A DNA stretch of 64,000 nucleotides from Candidatus Micrarchaeota archaeon (GCA_964643685.1 CAZXTN010000001.1:118737-182736); one strand, 5' to 3'; shown: positions 31,834 to 41,776, numbered from the stretch's first letter. Notes: generated by a model not told the origin, from the letters alone. Program-made: numbers and translations.

Positions 31834-33012
31834 GTGTTTTCCTTGATAAAAAAAATAATAATCAGAAAAATAAAAAACTCAAAAAAAGAAGACACCATAG
31901 AAACAACAATAACCACAAACAAAGGAAAAACAAAAGCATCAGCTCCTTCTGGAACATCAGCAGGAAAACATGAAGTAAAAGCATACAACAAAACAATTGA
32001 AAACTCAATAAAAGAAGCAAAACAAGTTCTTCCGAAACTAATAGGCGAAGACGAAACAAACCAAGAAGAAATAGACGAGTTCTTGAAAAGCAACATAAAA
32101 AAGATAGGCGGAAGCATAGCAATAGCCACTTCAATAGCAATCGCAAGAGCAGGCGCAAAAAAACAAAAAAAACAACTATACCAATACATCAACAAAGGAG
32201 AAGAATACTCAAAACCAATAATGCTAGGAAAATGCATAGGAGGAGGAGCGCATGCAAAAAACTCGACAACAATACAAGAATTCCTCAGCATACCCCTAAC
32301 AGAAAACATGCGCAAAGCAGTGAAGATAAACAAGATAGTTCACAAAGAAACAGCAAGAATACTGAAAAACTACAAAGGATTCACTAAAAAACTAGACTAT
32401 GAAGGAGGATGGACAGCAAACATAACAGACGAAAACGCCCTAGGAGTATTATCAAGCGCAATTGAAAGAACAAGCAAAAAAACAAAAACAAACATCGCGT
32501 TAGGAATAGACGTCGCAGCAAGCGAATTCTGGGACGGAAAAAAATACAAATACAAAAAACACTCAAAAACACCAAAACAACACTATGACTTCATAAAATA
32601 CTTAATAAAAGAATATGACATTTACTACATAGAAGACCCATTCCATGAAGAAGACTTCAAGTCAACAGCAAAGTTAACAAAACAATTCAAAGACAGGCTA
32701 ATAGTCGGAGACGACTTGTTCACAACAAACCCTAAACGCCTCAAAAAAGGCATAAAATTAAAAGCAGGAAATTCAATAATAATCAAGCCAAACCAAATAG
32801 GCACATTGACAGAAGCTTATGAAACAGTTGAAATTGCAAAAAATAACGCTTACACGCCAGTGATCTCGCATCGCTCAGGCGAAACCAAAGATCCAGCAAT
32901 AGCGGATCTTGCTGTTGGATGGGGCATCCCTTTCATCAAAATAGGAATAAAAGGAAAAGAAAGGGAAGCAAAAACCAACAGATTGATAAAAATAGAGAAG
33001 GTGATGAAATGA
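31834..33012 (+). CDS. eno: enolase (divergent, shortened)
   Basis: SHRSGETKD (SGETED-like) motif, PSGTSAGKHE; conserved archaeal position before S2. Confidence 0.75.
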   Translation: MFSLIKKIIIRKIKNSKKEDTIETTITTNKGKTKASAPSGTSAGKHEVKAYNKTIENSIKEAKQVLPKLIGEDETNQEEIDEFLKSNIKKIGGSIAIATSIAIARAGAKKQKKQLYQYINKGEEYSKPIMLGKCIGGGAHAKNSTTIQEFLSIPLTENMRKAVKINKIVHKETARILKNYKGFTKKLDYEGGWTANITDENALGVLSSAIERTSKKTKTNIALGIDVAASEFWDGKKYKYKKHSKTPKQHYDFIKYLIKEYDIYYIEDPFHEEDFKSTAKLTKQFKDRLIVGDDLFTTNPKRLKKGIKLKAGNSIIIKPNQIGTLTEAYETVEIAKNNAYTPVISHRSGETKDPAIADLAVGWGIPFIKIGIKGKEREAKTNRLIKIEKVMK

Positions 33013-33698
33013 AAAAAAATGAAAAACAGCAAACAGCCCCAGATGAAATGACAATAGAAAAATCCCTAGTGCCCCTTGAAAAATACCTGGAAGCAGGAGT
33101 GCACATCGGCTCAAAATACAAGTCAGGGCAAATGAGAAAATTCATATATAAAATAAGAAACGATGGGCTCTGCATACTAAACATAAACGAGTTAAACAAA
33201 AGAATAGCAATAGCAGCAAAATTCCTGGCACAATACGAGCCATCAGACATACTAGTAGTAGCAGGAAGAAACTACTCACAAAAACCAGCAAAAGTATTTG
33301 CTGAAACAATCGGAGCAAAATATATAATAGGAAGATTCATACCAGGAACCCTAACAAACCCTGAAAACGAAAACTTCATAGAACCAAAAATACTATTCAC
33401 AGCAGACCCACCAGTAGACAGGCAAGCAATAAAAGAAGCAAAAAAAGCAAAAATACCAGTAATTTCACTATGCGACACAAGCAATCTCACAAAAAACATA
33501 GACTTAGTAATACCATGCAACAACAAAGGAAAAAAATCAATAGCATTAATCTACTGGATACTAGCAAGAGAATACCTAAAACTAAAAGGAATCATCGAAT
33601 CAGACAAACAATTTGAAAAAACACCAGCTGACTTCGAAACAAGAATAAAAAGAACAAACAAAGAAAGAGACACAAGAAGAAGATTCCAAAGAAGGTAA
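33009..33698 (+). CDS. rps2: ribosomal protein S2
   Basis: S2/SAe family; ATG 33009 overlaps eno stop (ATGA). Confidence 0.9.
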   Translation: MKKNEKQQTAPDEMTIEKSLVPLEKYLEAGVHIGSKYKSGQMRKFIYKIRNDGLCILNINELNKRIAIAAKFLAQYEPSDILVVAGRNYSQKPAKVFAETIGAKYIIGRFIPGTLTNPENENFIEPKILFTADPPVDRQAIKEAKKAKIPVISLCDTSNLTKNIDLVIPCNNKGKKSIALIYWILAREYLKLKGIIESDKQFEKTPADFETRIKRTNKERDTRRRFQRR

Positions 33699-33788
33699 AC
33701 AAAAAACCTTCATCCCCTTTTTTTATTTATTTAAGCATAAATAATAAGTCTACTTCTTGTTTTAAAAAAAACAAAAACCTATAAACAA

Positions 33789-35012
33789 ATGAGTAAAATG
33801 AAAGAGTTAATCAGAAAACACGCCTTAAAAAACGCATTAGAACATGAAGGAAAAGCAGCACCAGGCGCAGTGATAAACAGGGTCCTAGGAGAAAACCCAG
33901 AGCTAAAAAAAGACATGAAAACACTAGGACAAGCAGTAAAACAAGAAATAGAAAAAGTAAACCAAATGACTCTAAAAGAAATAAAACAAGAGCTTGAACA
34001 AAAACACCCTGAACTGCTTGAAAAAAAAGACGAAGAAAGAAGAGACTTACCTGAACTGCCAGGCGACACTTCAAAAGTAGTCATGAGAATGGCTCCAAAC
34101 CCAAACGGTCCACTGCACTTAGGACACGCAAGACAAGCTATACTCAACTGGTTCTACGTAAAAAAATACAATGGAAAATACATACTAAGATTCGACGACA
34201 CTGACCCAAAAAACAAAGTGCCACTAAAAGAAGCATATGACTGGATAATAGAAGACCTAAAATGGCTAGGCATAAAACCCGACGAAATACTTTACGCCTC
34301 AGACAGGCTAGATCTTTACTACAAATACGCTGAAAAATTAATTGAAATGGAAAAAGCATACATCTGCACGTGCCCACCTGAAAAATTCAGAGAATTAAAA
34401 AACAAAGGAGAACCATGCCAATGCAGGAACCTGCCAAAAGAAGAGCAGATGAAAAGATGGAAAAAAATGTTCACAGAATACAAAGAAGGAGAAGCAGTAT
34501 ACAGAGTAAAAACAGACTTGAAAGACCCAAACCCTGCTCTGCGCGACTGGCCTGGATTTAGAATAATTGAAAACAACAAACACCCACGCAACAAAAACGC
34601 AAGAGTATGGCCATTGCTTAACTTCAACTCATCAATAGACGACCACCTCACAGGAGTCACGCATATAATAAGAGGAAGAGACCTTGACTTCACAGAACAC
34701 CAGCAAAAATACTTATACAATCACTTCAACTGGAAATACCCAGAAACAATAGTTACAGGAAAACTAAACCTAGAAGGAGCAATACTAAGCTCGTCAGAAA
34801 TAAAAAAAGGAATACAAGAAGGAAAATACACAGGCTGGGACGACAAACGACTAGGAACGCTAAAAGCATTGAGAAAAAAAGGACTAAAACCAGAAGCAAT
34901 AAAACAACTAATCTGGGACCTTGGAGTCAGAAAAAACAACGCCACAGTAACATGGGCAAACATAGAAGCAGCTGCAAAAAAAGCAGAAAAAAACAAGACA
35001 TACAAAGAATAA
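33789..35012 (+). CDS. glutamyl-tRNA synthetase-like catalytic core with N-terminal GatB/YqeY-like domain; no anticodon-binding domain
   Basis: HIGH motif PNGPLHLGHA, class I Rossmann core of archaeal/eukaryal GluRS/GlnRS type; only 407 aa. Confidence 0.7.
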   Translation: MSKMKELIRKHALKNALEHEGKAAPGAVINRVLGENPELKKDMKTLGQAVKQEIEKVNQMTLKEIKQELEQKHPELLEKKDEERRDLPELPGDTSKVVMRMAPNPNGPLHLGHARQAILNWFYVKKYNGKYILRFDDTDPKNKVPLKEAYDWIIEDLKWLGIKPDEILYASDRLDLYYKYAEKLIEMEKAYICTCPPEKFRELKNKGEPCQCRNLPKEEQMKRWKKMFTEYKEGEAVYRVKTDLKDPNPALRDWPGFRIIENNKHPRNKNARVWPLLNFNSSIDDHLTGVTHIIRGRDLDFTEHQQKYLYNHFNWKYPETIVTGKLNLEGAILSSSEIKKGIQEGKYTGWDDKRLGTLKALRKKGLKPEAIKQLIWDLGVRKNNATVTWANIEAAAKKAEKNKTYKE

Positions 35013-35013
35013 A

Positions 35014-35025
35014 CCTTTATAAATG
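35014..35025 (+). promoter_or_regulatory. BRE/TATA-like box CCTTTATAAATG upstream of rpl7ae
   Basis: Shared motif aaCCTTTATAAA. Confidence 0.45.
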
Positions 35026-35116
35026 ACAAAATTGAAAAAAATAATACTCATTCTCAAAAAAAGCCAATGAGTTTTAAGCAGCGTAAAAAACTGCAATGAA
35101 AAAGGAGGAATTAAAA

Positions 35117-35485
35117 ATGGCAAGCCCATACGTGAAATTCAAAGTACCTAAAGAAATAGCAGAACAAACATACCAAGCAGTTGAAAAAGCAAGAGACACA
35201 GGAAAAATCAAAAAAGGAGTAAACGAAGCAACAAAAGCAGTTGAAAGAGCAACAGCAAAACTAGTTGTGATAGCAGAAGACGTAGCACCACCAGAAATAG
35301 TTGCATACCTGCCAATACTCTGCGAAGAAAAGAAAATACCCTACACATTCATCCCAACAAAAAAAGAACTAGGAAAAGCAGCAGGAATAAAAGTAGGAAC
35401 AACAGCAATAGCAATAATAGAAGAAGGAAGCGCAAAACAACTTGTTGAAAACATTGCAAAAAAAGTCGAAGAACTGAAAAAATAA
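35117..35485 (+). CDS. rpl7ae: ribosomal protein L7Ae (also C/D and H/ACA sRNP component)
   Basis: L7Ae family; GGAGG SD 7 nt upstream of ATG 35117. Confidence 0.9.
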   Translation: MASPYVKFKVPKEIAEQTYQAVEKARDTGKIKKGVNEATKAVERATAKLVVIAEDVAPPEIVAYLPILCEEKKIPYTFIPTKKELGKAAGIKVGTTAIAIIEEGSAKQLVENIAKKVEELKK

Positions 35486-35500
35486 GGGGATGAATAAAAA

Positions 35501-35710
35501 ATGGCAGACGACGCAGTACCAGCACAAGTAATGGAAATAATAGGAAAAACCGGCGTACACGGCGAAATATGGCAAGTCATGGTAAAAATACTAGAAGGAA
35601 GAGACAAGGGGAGAATCATAAGAAGAAACGTAAAAGGACCAGTAAGAAAAGACGACTTGCTAATGCTAATAGACACAGAAACAGAAGCAAAACCAATAAG
35701 AGGACGCTAA
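35501..35710 (+). CDS. rps28e: ribosomal protein S28e
   Basis: S28e family (AEVIEIIGRTGMHGEV-like). Confidence 0.9.
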   Translation: MADDAVPAQVMEIIGKTGVHGEIWQVMVKILEGRDKGRIIRRNVKGPVRKDDLLMLIDTETEAKPIRGR

Positions 35711-35724
35711 ATAGGTGAAAATAA

Positions 35725-35802
35725 ATGAAATCAATCGCAAAAGAAGGATATGAAAGCTCAAGATTTCATTTTCTTACTATAAAGAAAGGTGAAAGCAAAT
35801 GA
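35725..35802 (+). CDS. conserved small ORF (25 aa, MKSIAKEGYESSRFHFLTIKKGESK), paralogue of 8850-8921; stop overlaps rpl24e ATG
   Basis: Second copy of the AATGAAATCAATCGCAAA...TTTCATTTT element. Confidence 0.4.
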   Translation: MKSIAKEGYESSRFHFLTIKKGESK

Positions 35803-35981
35803 AATGTTCATTTTGTAAACAAGAAATACCAAAAGGAAGCGGAAAACTCTACGTGCTGAAAGACGGCACTAGATATTACTTCTGCTCCAGCAAATGCCAA
35901 AACAATATGCTTAAACTCAAAAGAAAACCAAGAAAAGTAAAATGGATAACAAAAAAGAAAAAAGAGGAGAAAAAGCAATGA
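35799..35981 (+). CDS. rpl24e: ribosomal protein L24e
   Basis: L24e zinc ribbon CSFCKQ...CSSKC. Confidence 0.9.
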   Translation: MKCSFCKQEIPKGSGKLYVLKDGTRYYFCSSKCQNNMLKLKRKPRKVKWITKKKKEEKKQ

Positions 35982-36643
35982 CTAAAAACTACATATTCCT
36001 AGGAAGACCAGGTTCAGGAAAAGGAACATACTCAACAAAAGTAGCAAAAGAACTGAACATCCCACACATCTCAACAGGAGACATCTTCAGAGAGAACATA
36101 AAACAACAAACAGAACTAGGGAAAAAAATACAAGAATTAGTAAAAGAAGGAAAACTAGTTCCAGACGGGATAGTCAACGAAATAGCAAAAAACAGATTAG
36201 AGCAAGAGGACTGCAAAGAAGGATTTATACTAGACGGATACCCAAGAACAATACAACAAGCAGAAACACTAGACACATACAAAAAAATAGACAAAGTACT
36301 AAACATAGACGTTCCAGAAGAAGTAATCATAAGAAGAATAACAACAAGAAGAGTATGCAAAAACTGCGGAGCTGTATACAACATACTGACACTAAAACCA
36401 AAACAAGAAGGAATCTGCGACAAATGCGGAGGAGAATTATACCAACGCCCAGACGACACAGAAGAAGCAGTAAAAATAAGGCTACAGGAATACGAAAACT
36501 TAACACAACCATTAATAAAATATTACGAAGAAAAAGGCATTCTCAGAACAGTAAAATACGACAAGTCCATGATACCAGAAGGAGAAATGGACATACCAAT
36601 AGAAGTAATGCTTCAGAAGATACTAGACATTCTAAAACAATAA
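35978..36643 (+). CDS. adk: adenylate kinase, long bacterial/eukaryal type with zinc lid
   Basis: P-loop GRPGSGKGT; lid CKNCGAVYN...CDKCGGEL; ATG 35978 overlaps rpl24e stop. Confidence 0.85.
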   Translation: MTKNYIFLGRPGSGKGTYSTKVAKELNIPHISTGDIFRENIKQQTELGKKIQELVKEGKLVPDGIVNEIAKNRLEQEDCKEGFILDGYPRTIQQAETLDTYKKIDKVLNIDVPEEVIIRRITTRRVCKNCGAVYNILTLKPKQEGICDKCGGELYQRPDDTEEAVKIRLQEYENLTQPLIKYYEEKGILRTVKYDKSMIPEGEMDIPIEVMLQKILDILKQ

Positions 36644-36754
36644 AAAAACAACAGCAAGCAAGAAAGCAATTAAAAAAAAGGAATGTCCTCCGGCTTAACA
36701 CCAAACAAAAACCAAGCTGAGGAACTAATTAAAAAAAGAAACAGATGAAAAAAA

Positions 36755-38485
36755 ATGAGCGTAAGATCACCAATAGTAACAGTGCTAGGACATGTAGACC
36801 ATGGAAAAACAACCCTGCTAGACAAAATAAGAGGCACAGCCATAGCTTCAAAAGAAGCAGGAGCAATAACCCAACACGTAGGAGCATCATTCATACCCAC
36901 AAGCGTGATAAAAAAGCAATGCAAAAAGCTCCTTGAAAAATACCACGTGGAACTAACAATACCTGGCCTCCTGTTCATAGACACGCCTGGACACGAAGCA
37001 TTCACAAACCTCAGAAAAAGAGGAGGTTCAATAGCAGACTTAGCAATAGTAATAATTGACATAAACCAAGGCATACAACCGCAAACAGTAGAATCAATAG
37101 AGATACTTAAAGTAAACAAAGTGCCATTCATAATAGCTGCAAACAAGATAGACTTAATCAACGGCTGGAACAGCCAGCCAGAAAAAACAATAATAGAATC
37201 AATAAATAGTCAAAGAGAATTCGTGCAACAAATAGTAGAACAAAAAATATACGAAATAGTAGGGCAACTAGCAGAACAGGGAATAAGTTCAGAAAGATAC
37301 GACAGAGTAACAGACAGGACAAAAGAAGTCATGATAATCCCAGTATCAGCAAAAACAGGAGAAGGAATAGAAGAACTCCTCCTGACACTAGCAGGACTTT
37401 CACAAAAATACATGCTGAAAAAACTAGACATAGACACTGAAAAACACGCAAAAGGAACAGTACTAGAAGTGAAAGAAGCAACAGGACTCGGAACAACAAT
37501 AGACGTCATAATATACGAGGGAAAAATACAGCAAGGAGATACAATAGCACTAGCAGGAAAAAAAGGCGCATTCACAACAAAAGTAAGAGCGCTTCTGGAA
37601 CCAGCGCCGCTTGAAGAGATAAGGGATACTGGAAAAAAGTTCAAGTCAGTGAAAGAAGTGCATGCAGCAGCAGGAGTTAAGATATCAGCACCTGGATTAG
37701 AAGAAGCACTGGCAGGCTCTCCGCTGATAATAAAAGATAACGCAGAAGAAGCACTAGAAGAAGTAAGAAAAGAAGTTGAAAAAATAGAAATAGAAACAAA
37801 AGAAGAAGGAGTGATAGTAAAAACAGACGCTCTCGGCTCACTTGAGGCAATAGAAAAGCTGTTTAAATTGAACGGCATACCAATCAAAAAAGCAGAAGTA
37901 GGGATAGTTAACAAGAAAGACCTCACAGAAGCTGAGACAATCAAAAAACAGAACAGGTACTATGGAGTAATATTTGCATTCAATACAAAAGTGCCAGAAG
38001 AAATAAGACAAGAAGCGCACAAGAACAACATAAGAATATTTGAATCAAAAGTAATATACCAGCTGGAAGAAGAGTACAAAGAATGGAAAGAACAGGAAAA
38101 GAAAAAAGAAAAAGAAGAGCAATTAACAAATTACATCTACCCTGCAAAAATAAAAATATTGCCAGGACACATATTCAGAATAAGCAAACCAGCAGTAGTA
38201 GGAGTAGAAGTGCTAGCAGGGATAATAAAAAGCGACTACCCATTAATGAACGAGCATGGCGAAACAATCGGCAGGATAAAAAGCATACAAAAAGAACAGC
38301 AGAAAGTGGACAAAGCAGAGAAAGGGGACAAAGTAGCAGTTTCAATAGAAGGAGCAGTTGCAAACAAAAACATACACGCAAAACAGACCCTATTCACAGC
38401 AGTTCCAAAAGAACAGTTGTATGAAATAGAAGACAAGATAGAGGATAAGGAACTAATAAAAGAATTGAAAAACATAAAAAGATAA
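36755..38485 (+). CDS. infB: translation initiation factor aIF5B (IF2-like GTPase)
   Basis: GHVDHGKTTLLD, DTPGHEAF; 576 aa; no intein. Confidence 0.9.
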   Translation: MSVRSPIVTVLGHVDHGKTTLLDKIRGTAIASKEAGAITQHVGASFIPTSVIKKQCKKLLEKYHVELTIPGLLFIDTPGHEAFTNLRKRGGSIADLAIVIIDINQGIQPQTVESIEILKVNKVPFIIAANKIDLINGWNSQPEKTIIESINSQREFVQQIVEQKIYEIVGQLAEQGISSERYDRVTDRTKEVMIIPVSAKTGEGIEELLLTLAGLSQKYMLKKLDIDTEKHAKGTVLEVKEATGLGTTIDVIIYEGKIQQGDTIALAGKKGAFTTKVRALLEPAPLEEIRDTGKKFKSVKEVHAAAGVKISAPGLEEALAGSPLIIKDNAEEALEEVRKEVEKIEIETKEEGVIVKTDALGSLEAIEKLFKLNGIPIKKAEVGIVNKKDLTEAETIKKQNRYYGVIFAFNTKVPEEIRQEAHKNNIRIFESKVIYQLEEEYKEWKEQEKKKEKEEQLTNYIYPAKIKILPGHIFRISKPAVVGVEVLAGIIKSDYPLMNEHGETIGRIKSIQKEQQKVDKAEKGDKVAVSIEGAVANKNIHAKQTLFTAVPKEQLYEIEDKIEDKELIKELKNIKR

Positions 38486-38506
38486 GCAAAAGGAGGAGTA
38501 TGAAAA

Positions 38507-38902
38507 ATGAAAATAGTGATTTCAGATCCAAAAACAGGAAAAAGCTACCAAACAGAAATAGATGAAAACAAAAGCAAAGCACTATACGGCACAAAAATAG
38601 ACGAAGAGATAGACGGAGCACTCATAGGACTAAACGGGTACAAGCTCCAGATAAGAGGAGGAACAGACAAAGACGGATTCCCAATGAGAAAAGACGTGCA
38701 TGGAACAGAAAGAAAAAGAATTCTAATCTCGTCAGGCCCAGGCTTCAAGAAAAAAAGGAAAGGAGAAAGAAGAAGAAAAGGAGTGAGAGGAAACACCATT
38801 TCAGAATTCATAGAGCAAGTCAATTTGAAAGTTGTTAAAGAAGGAAATAAAAAACTTGAAGAAGTATATGGAAAAAAAGAAGAAAAAAAAGAAGGTGAGT
38901 AA
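38507..38902 (+). CDS. rps6e: ribosomal protein S6e
   Basis: S6e family. Confidence 0.85.
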   Translation: MKIVISDPKTGKSYQTEIDENKSKALYGTKIDEEIDGALIGLNGYKLQIRGGTDKDGFPMRKDVHGTERKRILISSGPGFKKKRKGERRRKGVRGNTISEFIEQVNLKVVKEGNKKLEEVYGKKEEKKEGE

Positions 38903-40098
38903 GTATCAAAAAAGTAATTCAATCTGAAGTAAACATCGGAGTAGTCGGCCACGTAGACCATGGAAAAACGACATTAGTAAAAGCACTTACAGGAGAATGG
39001 GCTGACAAGCACTCTGAAGAAATCAAAAGAGGAATAACAATTAGATTGGGTTACGCAGAAGCTTCAATATACTACTGCAAAAAAAGCAAGAAGTACTCTC
39101 CAAAACAAGACTGCGGAAACGGAGAAAAAGGAGAATTTAAAAGAAAAGTGTCATTCGTAGATTGCCCTGGACACGAAACCTTAATGGCAGTGACAATGAG
39201 CGGAGCTTCACTCATGGATGGAGCAATACTCATAATCGCTGCAAACGAGCCATGCCCACAACCGCAGACAAAGGAACACTTGCAAGCCCTTAATATTTCA
39301 GGAATAAAAAACATTGTAGTTGTGCAAAACAAGATTGACACAGTTACAAAAGAAGAAGCATTGAAAAACTACAAGCAAATAAAAGAATTCTTAAAAGGAA
39401 GCATAGCTGAAAACGCTCCTATAATACCAGTAGCTTCAAACTATGGGTTGAACATAAGCGCTTTACTTGAAGCAATTGAAAAAACAATACCAACTCCAAA
39501 AAGAGATGAAAAGAAAAATCCTAAAATGCTAATCGCACGTTCATTTGACATAAACAAGCCTAACTCGGAAATAAAAAAACTAAAAGGAGGAGTAGTTGGG
39601 GGATCAGTAATTCAAGGAAAATTAAAAGTAGGTGATGAAATTGAAATTTCACCTGGAATAAAAGTAAATGGAAAATATTTGCCCCTTAAAACAAAAATAG
39701 TAAGCTTATCTACAAAAGAAGGACAGATTAAAGAGGCCCATCCAGGAGGATTAATAGGTGTAGGCACAACTTTAGATCCTTCACTAACAAGAGGAGACAA
39801 TTTAATTGGAAACATTGTTGAATTGAAAGGAAAAACAACCAAGCCAAAAAACTCAATATTAATCAAATTCAAATTATTTGAAAAATTCAAGAACGAGCCA
39901 TTGAAAAAAGGCGAAACAATTGTAATAAATTCAGGCACAACAACCACAATAGGAACAGTTGAACATGAAAACAGGAAAAAAGAAGAAGCTGAAATCAGCT
40001 TAAAAAAGCCAATATGCGCTGAGAAAGGAGACAAGATAGGAATTTCAAGAAAAGAAAGAAGATGGATTCTCATAGGACACGGAGAACTGTTGAAATGA
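38899..40098 (+). CDS. translation initiation factor aIF2 gamma subunit (frame open from 38899 but without canonical in-frame start; probable GTG 38895 plus +1 shift in A6 run)
   Basis: EVNIGVVGHVDHGKTTL, DCPGHE, NKID motifs; zinc knuckle absent/degenerate. Confidence 0.85.
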   Translation, partial: VSIKKVIQSEVNIGVVGHVDHGKTTLVKALTGEWADKHSEEIKRGITIRLGYAEASIYYCKKSKKYSPKQDCGNGEKGEFKRKVSFVDCPGHETLMAVTMSGASLMDGAILIIAANEPCPQPQTKEHLQALNISGIKNIVVVQNKIDTVTKEEALKNYKQIKEFLKGSIAENAPIIPVASNYGLNISALLEAIEKTIPTPKRDEKKNPKMLIARSFDINKPNSEIKKLKGGVVGGSVIQGKLKVGDEIEISPGIKVNGKYLPLKTKIVSLSTKEGQIKEAHPGGLIGVGTTLDPSLTRGDNLIGNIVELKGKTTKPKNSILIKFKLFEKFKNEPLKKGETIVINSGTTTTIGTVEHENRKKEEAEISLKKPICAEKGDKIGISRKERRWILIGHGELLK

Positions 40099-40460
40099 AA
40101 GTGATTATTGACACTAACGCATTTGCAATGATAGAACAATTCAAAATAGATTTGATTGAACAAATCAAAAAAGAGATTCCAAACGCGGAGATAATCACAA
40201 TAAAACAAGTGATAAGTGAATTGAAAAATTTGAAAGACAAAAAAGCAGCAAGATATGCTCTTGCTTTAATAGAAAAAGAAAAAATAAAAATAGAAGACGC
40301 AGGAGAAGGAAAAGCAGACGACGTGATAATCAAATATGCTGAGGAAAAAAAAGCAGCAGTTGCAACAAACGACAAAGAACTTAAAAAAAGATGCATAGAA
40401 AAAGAAATTCCAATAATTTACATGAGGCAAAAGAAAAGAATTGAAACAAGAGGGATGTAA
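40095..40460 (+). CDS. PIN-domain protein (conserved partner of aIF2-gamma/RpoE operon)
   Basis: MKVIIDTNAFAM PIN N-terminus; ATG overlaps aIF2-gamma stop. Confidence 0.7.
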   Translation: MKVIIDTNAFAMIEQFKIDLIEQIKKEIPNAEIITIKQVISELKNLKDKKAARYALALIEKEKIKIEDAGEGKADDVIIKYAEEKKAAVATNDKELKKRCIEKEIPIIYMRQKKRIETRGM

Positions 40461-40463
40461 AAC

Positions 40464-40973
40464 ATGAATTACAAAACAATAAAATGGGGAAAAATTGAAG
40501 AATTGAATGTAATTATTGAAATTCCAAAAGGAAGCAGCAACAAATATGAGTACGACAAAGAAAACGACTTGTTCAAACTTGACAGGACAATGCACTCAGC
40601 AGTATTTTATCCCTTTGACTACGGCTTCATTCCCGGAACAGAAGCAGAAGACGGCGATGCATTAGATGCAATAGTGCTCGTGGAAAAGCCTACTTTTCCA
40701 GGATGCCTTGTCAAAGCAAGACCCGTTGGCTTGCTTGAAATGGAAGATGAAAATGGAAAAGATTATAAGATAATTACCGTGCCTATTGAAAAGATAGAGC
40801 CGAGAAAAGCAGAAATAAAAACAATAGAAAACTTAAGTAAACATGAAAAAGAGGAAATTGAAGAATTCATGAAACATTACAAGGACCTTGAACCTAGGAA
40901 ATGGGTTAAGATAACAGGCTTCAAATCAAAAGAAGAAGCAATTAAGATCATTGAAAAAAGCATAAAGGAGTGA
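40464..40973 (+). CDS. ppa: inorganic pyrophosphatase
   Basis: DYGFIPGTEAEDGDALD signature. Confidence 0.9.
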   Translation: MNYKTIKWGKIEELNVIIEIPKGSSNKYEYDKENDLFKLDRTMHSAVFYPFDYGFIPGTEAEDGDALDAIVLVEKPTFPGCLVKARPVGLLEMEDENGKDYKIITVPIEKIEPRKAEIKTIENLSKHEKEEIEEFMKHYKDLEPRKWVKITGFKSKEEAIKIIEKSIKE

Positions 40974-40981
40974 AGATAAAC

Positions 40982-41563
40982 ATGTATGAATTGGTTACAA
41001 TGAAGGACACTATAAGAATCCCGCCTAAACTGTTTTCAAAATCCCTTGAAGAATCAGCTGTAAAAGCACTTAAAGAAAGGTATGAAAGCAAAATAATCCC
41101 TGACTTAGGAGTAGTTATAACAGCAGTAAACCCAAGGGAAATAACAGACGGAAGAATCATCCCAGGAGACGGAGGGACTTATCACAACATAACTTTCGAT
41201 TTGCTTACTTTCAAGCCAAAACCGCATGAAATAATAAAAGGAAAAGTCACTGAATTAGCTGAGTTCGGAGCGTTCATAAGATTCGGTCCAATAGATGGGT
41301 TAGTGCACGTGTCACAGATAACAGATGACTACATGAGTTTGAATCCAAAAACAGAAGCTTTAACAGGAAAAGAATCAAAAAAAGTAGTGAAAAAAGACGA
41401 CGAAGTAACAGCAAGAATAATAGCAATTTCAATGAAAAACAGCGTCACAGAAAGCAAGATAAACCTTACAATGAGACAAGAAGGGCTTGGAAAAGAAGAA
41501 TGGTTAAAAATGAAAAAAAAGAAAAAAACAAGCTCTAAAAAGACAAGCAAGAAAAAGAAGTGA
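40982..41563 (+). CDS. rpoE: DNA-directed RNA polymerase subunit E' (Rpb7-like, S1 domain)
   Basis: Rpb7 N-domain + S1 domain; GGAGTGA SD before ATG 40982. Confidence 0.85.
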   Translation: MYELVTMKDTIRIPPKLFSKSLEESAVKALKERYESKIIPDLGVVITAVNPREITDGRIIPGDGGTYHNITFDLLTFKPKPHEIIKGKVTELAEFGAFIRFGPIDGLVHVSQITDDYMSLNPKTEALTGKESKKVVKKDDEVTARIIAISMKNSVTESKINLTMRQEGLGKEEWLKMKKKKKTSSKKTSKKKK

Positions 41564-41587
41564 AATTGAAAGGAGTTGAATAAAAAA

Positions 41588-41776
41588 ATGACTGAAAAAG
41601 CATGTGAAAGATGCAGGTTAATAGTTGAAGGAGACATTTGCCCTGTTTGCAAGGATTCAAAACTAACTTCAAACTGGAAGGGCTTTACACAAATAATAGA
41701 CCCTGAAAAATCAGAAATAGCAAAACTCATGGGCATAACAATGCCAGGAAAATATGCTATAAGAATAGGAAAATAA
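41588..41776 (+). CDS. spt4: transcription elongation factor Spt4 (RpoE'')
   Basis: CERCRLIVEGDICPVC zinc ribbon; follows rpoE. Confidence 0.85.
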   Translation: MTEKACERCRLIVEGDICPVCKDSKLTSNWKGFTQIIDPEKSEIAKLMGITMPGKYAIRIGK

